Positions 58,653-64,000 of a DNA stretch of 64,000 nt are shown one piece after another. The DNA is taken from assembly GCA_964012805.1 (NCBI GenBank), contig CAXGUD010000013.1, positions 1 to 64,000 on the forward strand, given 5' to 3'. The translations under genes and the position numbers were made by a program. This DNA is from an uncultured Bacteriovoracaceae bacterium. GTDB lineage: Bacteria > Bdellovibrionota > Bacteriovoracia > Bacteriovoracales > Bacteriovoracaceae. The notes beneath the pieces are model-generated. The model searched no databases, had not been told where the DNA came from, and saw nothing but the letters and a program-made list of their open reading frames with translations. The stretch's first letter is position 1. Every line of letters starts with the position of its first letter.

Positions 58653-59600
58653 TTAGGCCCTCGGTGGCCTAGGTAAAGGAAATGGGAAGCCGCCACCGCC
58701 GCCTCCGCCTCCGCCTTGATCATTTGGCTTAAACCAGCATAAAGGCCTTGTTTTGATGGCTGCTTCATTTCTCTCTCTTACACAAACACCCTTGTTGATA
58801 TCTGTTTCGCTAACTCCATCAGAAACTTCCTTATCACAAAGGGCACCTGAAAAATAAGTATCTAACCGGCACTGAGGTGCTGGGTGGTTACTGTCTGTTG
58901 TTGAGACCTTAGCTGGATCAGGTGTATCAAACTTAAGAGGCTTGTCTAACTTTTTAAGGGCCTTAAAAAGGTTGCCTAAAGACAGACCCGCCATGGCGTT
59001 TCTCTTACAAATCGCCAACTCATCCTGAGTCGAAAAACTTTCCTGACACTTCTTAGTCACAAATTCCGGTACGTCCATTTTCTCGACGATGGCAACATTA
59101 TCATCGTCTTTCATATAACGCCTCATACATTTTAAACTTGCAAAATAATCTGCTTGGCCTTCATTAGCTGCCCACGTTGTGGACCAAAACATTTTTTTCT
59201 TTGGAAGCCCACCGATATGATGACCAAGCTCATGGCAGACAACCATGGCAAAACCATCAGGAGTTATGGCCTCATGCCTGGCAAGACCCCCGTACATATT
59301 GACAACCCACTTATTACCAAAGCGCTGCGCTGATGCATTAACCGTACCATCGTCCCACTTCCTCTCTACGTGGAGGTCTCCACCTTTGTCACGCACTAGA
59401 GGTTTATAAATGGTCTCAATTTTAGAAATAACATTATTAAACTCCTGCTCAGTCATAGAATTGATCCCTTTGTCATGAGGGCCAATCCATAAGTCATTGT
59501 CTTCAACGATCCCTGTCCTACCGTGAATGTCGCAAGAATAAAGTTGGTTAAAAGGCATCGCTAGTGTTACGACTAAGGCAATCAGTAACTGTTTTAACAT
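58653..59600 (-). CDS. Secreted Cys-rich zinc metalloprotease (HExxH) with Gly9/Pro tail
   Basis: Signal peptide; VNASA, VVCHELGHH, NEGQADYFA, HP..QCR. Confidence 0.8.
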   Translation of the reverse strand: MLKQLLIALVVTLAMPFNQLYSCDIHGRTGIVEDNDLWIGPHDKGINSMTEQEFNNVISKIETIYKPLVRDKGGDLHVERKWDDGTVNASAQRFGNKWVVNMYGGLARHEAITPDGFAMVVCHELGHHIGGLPKKKMFWSTTWAANEGQADYFASLKCMRRYMKDDDNVAIVEKMDVPEFVTKKCQESFSTQDELAICKRNAMAGLSLGNLFKALKKLDKPLKFDTPDPAKVSTTDSNHPAPQCRLDTYFSGALCDKEVSDGVSETDINKGVCVRERNEAAIKTRPLCWFKPNDQGGGGGGGGGFPFPLPRPPRA

Positions 59601-59717
59601 ACATACTCCCTTACAAAGAACATTTGTCTTTAGCGCTCCTACTTAAGACCTTAATAGTTTCTCTGATAAACCCCCTCATGTCTGCCATCTGTAAGAAAAT
59701 GTTAATCTTATCTTTAT

Positions 59718-62699
59718 TTAGCTATTATATTGATCATTACCAAACAAGGAAGCTTCCCTAAGAGAAACGTCATAGACCTGTACTTGAAGGGCTCCGAGGA
59801 TATTTTCAACCTTCCCCTTAATCATAAAGGCCCTACCTGAATACAGAAGGTCACGGAAGGAAATATATGCCGGTGGGAAAAAAACGGCTTCTATAAGACC
59901 CACCTCATCTGAAAAAGTCGCAAAACACATTTCTTCACCTTTCTTGGTCCAAACGACTTTAGCTGTTACATAGACACCAAAAAGAATCACGACTTCATTA
60001 ATAAAAGCAGCAAGCTCAACACTTCGAACTCTTTTTTTATTTTTTAATGCATCTGGGTAAAGTGCCCAAACAGGGAAACTAACAGGAGATTTTAGACAAT
60101 CCATTTCCCACTTAATCAATTGCTCTGGGGAAAACTCTTTGAAGACCCTAGAGGGGATTTTTCCTTTAAACCTTCCCTTCTTTTGAACAGCAAACCATTC
60201 GTAGACCCGCCACATTTGAGAACAAAAGCTATCGCCTTCCTTAAGTGAAGAAAAGGCCCGTGATTTTACAAAAATCTTGGCCTCTTCAAAAGAAGGCATA
60301 ATCCTAAAAAGAAAATTGTCAATTGAAGAAAAAAGCCCTTTATCCCGACGCTCTTCAATAATTCTCTTTTTAAGTCCTTCAGTAAGACCACTTAACTGCT
60401 GAAGACCTACTCTAATCGAGCCTCCATGGCCCTGAAACCCCTCTTCACTAAGGTTTATATCAGGAAGTAAAACCTTCAAATTGAGCCGCCTGGACTCTTC
60501 CAAATAAGTCGAAAGAGAATAAAAACCACCACCATGAGACATAACCGCACTCATAAATTCAGCAGGAAAATGAGATTTTAAGTAGCAAGATTTAAAAGAG
60601 ACCATTGCATAGCTTGCCGAGTGGGCCTTACAAAATGAATAACCTGAAAAACTCAAAATCATCTTCCACACTTGCTCTAGAACCGACCTGCTAACACCTT
60701 TTTTCCTGCCCCCCTCAAAAAACATTCTTTCAAAATCCAGCAGTTTTTTCCTTTTATCTTTTTTATCAAGAACCTTCCTAAGACCATTTCCTTCACTCAT
60801 ACTAAAGCCTGCCAAAACCATGGCAGTTTGAGAAACCTGTTCTTGATAAATCATAATTCCATACGTCTCTTCCAAAATAGGCTTTAAAAGAGGGTGAAAG
60901 TGAGAATAAGACTTTCCATGGAGCCTCTTCACAAATTCAAGAGCATAATCATTGGCAGCGGGCCTAATAATTGAGGATGCCATCACAATATGCTCAAATT
61001 TGCTCGATTTCATTCTTTGAAGAAGTAGTCTTGAGGCTGGGGACTCTATGTAAAAAACACCTAGTGTCCCCCCCGACTCTATAAGCTTTCGGGCCTTAGA
61101 ATCAAGTAGAGGATCTAACCCATCATAAGTCAGCTTACCTCTAGGACCTCCATCCATTTCGATGCGCTTATTAACAGCACTTATTGTGTCTCGAATGACT
61201 GCAAGGGAACGGTTACCTAAAAGATCAATCTTCACAAGGCCAAATTTTTTTACCTGCCTTTTTTCCCAATGAACAATAGGCAAACCTTTCTGCGTTTTTT
61301 CTACAGGAACATAGGATGAAATTGGTTTAGGTGTAATCACAACCCCCCCGGGATGAACCGAAAGGTGTCTAAAATGACTTTGAAGACGCTGTGCCTGAAA
61401 CAAAATCGTCCTCCAAAGTGAGGAATCTTGAACTTTAGGAAACCGGCTTATCTGGTCATTAATTTCATCGAGAGGAACACCATAAACCTTTGCAACCTCT
61501 CTAATCGCAGAAGCTCCCTGGAGAGAATTGTGATTGGAAACCATCGCTGAATGACGAGGGTATTTTTGAAAAACATAATTTAAAATAGCGTCCCTTTCAT
61601 CCCAGGGAAAATCTATATCAATATCTGGAGGATCCTCTCGGTCTGGATTAAGAAAACGCTCGAAGTAAAGGTTGTGGCGGATGGGATCAACATGGGTAAT
61701 TCCTAAAAGAAAACTCACTAAACTCGCAGCTGCTGAACCACGCCCGCAGGTTCTAGGGCAATGCCTGACAATATCTTCAACGACTAAGAAGTATGAACTA
61801 AAACCCTTTTTAGAAATAACACCAAGTTCATGCTCAAGCCTCTCTATAAGCCGAGACTGAAACTGGTTATGAAGCGTCGGTGTTTCTTGTCCTCCATACC
61901 TTCGTTTAATACCTTCGAAGCTTTTCTTTCTTAAAACATCATCACATTTCTGCTTACTCCAATCGTTAAAGCTTGGAAAAATCGTTTTTCCTTCACAAAG
62001 ATTAAAATGGCGACACCGGTTAAAAATTTTATATGTATTCTCTATTATCTCTGGATAGGCTTGAAAAAAGCTTGATACTTCATTCGGATTCATGAGCCGG
62101 CAACTTTTCTTAAAAAAAGAAAGATCCACTTGATCTAATGTTTTATTTTGATGAATCGCTTGACCTAAACGGATAAAAAAATCATCTCCCTCTTCGATAA
62201 AACGTGCGCGAGTGCTCCCAACAAAAGGAATTTGTTGATCTCGGCACCAAAGAACATCTTTATGTTGAGAGAAGCCTGGAGAAAACTCGTAGTATAAAGT
62301 CCCCTCTTCTTTTCTTTTTTTGAGAGTAATAAGTAAAGACCGGCAATCGGTCATAATGACAGTATTTGAGCCCATCGAAATCAAATGGTTCTTAAGCTTT
62401 TCGCCAGTAAAAGATTCATGCTTCAAGTCTGTTAAAAGATAACACAAGTGCTCATAACCTTTTTTATTCGCACATAAGATAACAAGCCTATAGCTTGACC
62501 AAACGACCTCTGCCCCAATAAGAGGAGAAAGCCCCATTTTTCTGGCCTCTTCATTGAAGTGAACAGCACCATAAAGAGCATTCGTGTCCGTAAGTGCAAT
62601 CCCTGGCAATTGGTTGTCCTTGGCCCAACGGCACAATTCTTGAGGAGAATTCAACCCGGCCAGAGGGGAGTAAAAAGAGTGAACGTGAAGAGGAATCAA
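59718..62699 (-). CDS. dnaE2: Error-prone DNA polymerase III alpha (DnaE2/ImuC)
   Basis: PHP domain (HVHSFYS), GRGSAAAS, FERFL, PPDIDIDF, YSFCKAHS and OB fold; coupled to imuB. Confidence 0.88.
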   Translation of the reverse strand: MIPLHVHSFYSPLAGLNSPQELCRWAKDNQLPGIALTDTNALYGAVHFNEEARKMGLSPLIGAEVVWSSYRLVILCANKKGYEHLCYLLTDLKHESFTGEKLKNHLISMGSNTVIMTDCRSLLITLKKRKEEGTLYYEFSPGFSQHKDVLWCRDQQIPFVGSTRARFIEEGDDFFIRLGQAIHQNKTLDQVDLSFFKKSCRLMNPNEVSSFFQAYPEIIENTYKIFNRCRHFNLCEGKTIFPSFNDWSKQKCDDVLRKKSFEGIKRRYGGQETPTLHNQFQSRLIERLEHELGVISKKGFSSYFLVVEDIVRHCPRTCGRGSAAASLVSFLLGITHVDPIRHNLYFERFLNPDREDPPDIDIDFPWDERDAILNYVFQKYPRHSAMVSNHNSLQGASAIREVAKVYGVPLDEINDQISRFPKVQDSSLWRTILFQAQRLQSHFRHLSVHPGGVVITPKPISSYVPVEKTQKGLPIVHWEKRQVKKFGLVKIDLLGNRSLAVIRDTISAVNKRIEMDGGPRGKLTYDGLDPLLDSKARKLIESGGTLGVFYIESPASRLLLQRMKSSKFEHIVMASSIIRPAANDYALEFVKRLHGKSYSHFHPLLKPILEETYGIMIYQEQVSQTAMVLAGFSMSEGNGLRKVLDKKDKRKKLLDFERMFFEGGRKKGVSRSVLEQVWKMILSFSGYSFCKAHSASYAMVSFKSCYLKSHFPAEFMSAVMSHGGGFYSLSTYLEESRRLNLKVLLPDINLSEEGFQGHGGSIRVGLQQLSGLTEGLKKRIIEERRDKGLFSSIDNFLFRIMPSFEEAKIFVKSRAFSSLKEGDSFCSQMWRVYEWFAVQKKGRFKGKIPSRVFKEFSPEQLIKWEMDCLKSPVSFPVWALYPDALKNKKRVRSVELAAFINEVVILFGVYVTAKVVWTKKGEEMCFATFSDEVGLIEAVFFPPAYISFRDLLYSGRAFMIKGKVENILGALQVQVYDVSLREASLFGNDQYNS

Positions 62700-63874
62700 A
62701 ACTCTCTCCCAAGGACAAGAGAGGTTTCTCCAAAGCGGCGCCTGACATCTTCCATAGCATCAAGAATGTCATCTCTTTTTTTCTTATTAACTTCACGAAA
62801 AAGTGGTAACTGAACTTCCTCTTGAACAAGCTCACAAAACTCCAAGGCCATATAATGAATCATTGTTCTTCTTTTTATCAATTGATGGAGGAGGTCTATT
62901 GCCACATTCGACAAAATATCCATATCGAGGCTTAATGCTTTAAGGGCCTTTTTCTTGTGAACAAATTTATAATCACTATAGCGTATAAAAAGCTGAAGAG
63001 AGCCAGGATACTTACCATACCCTCTTAAAAAAAGAACACCACGGGACACGAGCCCCAAAAGAGCTTTTTGAATGCAAATGAGGTCATTTGTCTCTTCTTC
63101 CAAATAGAGCCCTTCATAATGGCCCTCCTTTCTTGAGCTTTTTTGAATAGGGCTTAAGTCAACCCCCTTGGCCATTTCCAAAATAGGGAACGCATCATCT
63201 CCAAAGGCCACCTGTAAATAAAAGTGGTCAAGCTCCACAATATCCCTATTTGTATGGATATTAAGCTCATCACAAAGTGAGCTTTTACTCTTAGAGCTCC
63301 TCTTGAGTATTTTTTGAATAGGAGGGAGTACACTAACTGGTAAAGGGGCAAAGAAATCCTTCTCCCCTCCTCTTTTAATAAAACAAATACCGTGATCCAT
63401 TTCCTTCGTCTGAGCGGCGACTTTACTGACAAGTTTATTTGTTGCACCACCAAAAGATCCCTCTAAGTGAAATGAATCCAAAATACTCCTTTGAAGGTCT
63501 AGGGCCTTATCTGGAAGGTGGGGATAAAGGTGATCAAAGCCAGTCATATCTAAAAAAAAGCGTCCATGCCCTTCCACTTCATAAAGAGGAGTCGTCTTGG
63601 CAATAACTTTTTCCTCTAGGTCTTTGGCCACTCGAGAGTAGAGCTCTGGCCTTGGAGGGAGAACAACAAGATCTCTGCACACCTTTTTTGCATGGGCCAT
63701 GGGCATCCCTGGCAGAATCCCTGCCGACCTCGCTTCATCGGAAGACTCCCATACGGGCGCTCGGCCACTTTGAGGAGGAGCAATAACTAAAGGCCTTGAC
63801 CTAAGGTTTGGTGATAACACCCTTTCAACGGCAATAGGAAACCTCGTTATATTGACATACAACACTTTTCTCAC
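62696..63874 (-). CDS. imuB: Inactive Y-family polymerase ImuB-like
   Basis: Y-family motifs (GILPGMP, NKLVSKVA) with catalytic DxD and SIDE replaced by NITRF and GHGR; beta-clamp motif QLPLF. Confidence 0.82.
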   Translation of the reverse strand: MRKVLYVNITRFPIAVERVLSPNLRSRPLVIAPPQSGRAPVWESSDEARSAGILPGMPMAHAKKVCRDLVVLPPRPELYSRVAKDLEEKVIAKTTPLYEVEGHGRFFLDMTGFDHLYPHLPDKALDLQRSILDSFHLEGSFGGATNKLVSKVAAQTKEMDHGICFIKRGGEKDFFAPLPVSVLPPIQKILKRSSKSKSSLCDELNIHTNRDIVELDHFYLQVAFGDDAFPILEMAKGVDLSPIQKSSRKEGHYEGLYLEEETNDLICIQKALLGLVSRGVLFLRGYGKYPGSLQLFIRYSDYKFVHKKKALKALSLDMDILSNVAIDLLHQLIKRRTMIHYMALEFCELVQEEVQLPLFREVNKKKRDDILDAMEDVRRRFGETSLVLGREF

Positions 63875-63942
63875 AAGAGAAGAACCTCTTTTTTCAATGT
63901 TTTAACTTATATCTAACAGACAACGAAAGACTTAAGTCTTTC

Positions 63943-64000
63943 TTAATAATGCCTCAAAAGACCCACAACGATCCCCTGTATTTCAAAGGGACCGCCCCTT
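63943..64000 (-). CDS. lexA: C-terminus of LexA/S24 family repressor (partial)
   Basis: Frame from 63999 reads RGGPFEIQGIVVGLLRHY*, a typical LexA C-terminal strand, upstream of imuB-dnaE2. Confidence 0.75.
   Translation of the reverse strand, partial: RGGPFEIQGIVVGLLRHY

Noticed and set aside
62696..63874. Active DNA polymerase IV (dinB)
   Set aside because: The catalytic acidic residues are absent.
1..64000. Short antisense or nested ORFs in the track; also CRISPR arrays, tRNA/rRNA genes, IS elements and defence systems
   Set aside because: The nested ORFs are shadows of well-supported genes. By eye I found no repeat-spacer array, cloverleaf, transposase or defence-system motif; a covariance-model scan was not possible.

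Overview
AT-rich bacterial chromosomal window. Gene content and protein style (two short flagellins, an orphan TadA, many basic secreted hypotheticals, a SPOUT gene after trmD) suggest a Bdellovibrionota (Bacteriovorax/Halobacteriovorax-like) predator; this taxonomy is my inference. Most of it is housekeeping: nth, tyrS, rnhA, rimP-nusA-infB-rbfA-truB, thrS-ddl, accD-folC-lptD, surE, rsmI, leuS and rimM-trmD-rplS-rnhB. There is also a sigma28-controlled flagellin/fliS locus and a lexA(partial)-imuB-dnaE2 mutagenesis cassette. The best candidate for an undescribed system is the five-gene operon at 29281-36206. Its first protein (1024 aa) is a Lat/GABA-AT-type class III aminotransferase, then a GNAT acyltransferase, then a second catalytically dead aminotransferase copy. 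The two aminotransferase copies have kept complementary halves of the active site, suggesting a single-chain pseudo-dimer. It is followed by a C45 Ntn-hydrolase, a second omega-aminotransferase and a 3-oxoacid CoA-transferase A/B pair, consistent with an acylate-transaminate-deacylate amine pathway. Other notable items: an unannotated 55-aa gene with complete expression signals, a solitary phage-replication-domain gene that is probably leaderless, a signal-peptide-bearing sHsp-like protein, and a Bacteroidota-like LeuRS. I saw no rRNA, tRNA, CRISPR array or IS element. All family calls are from motif recognition by eye, without database searches.
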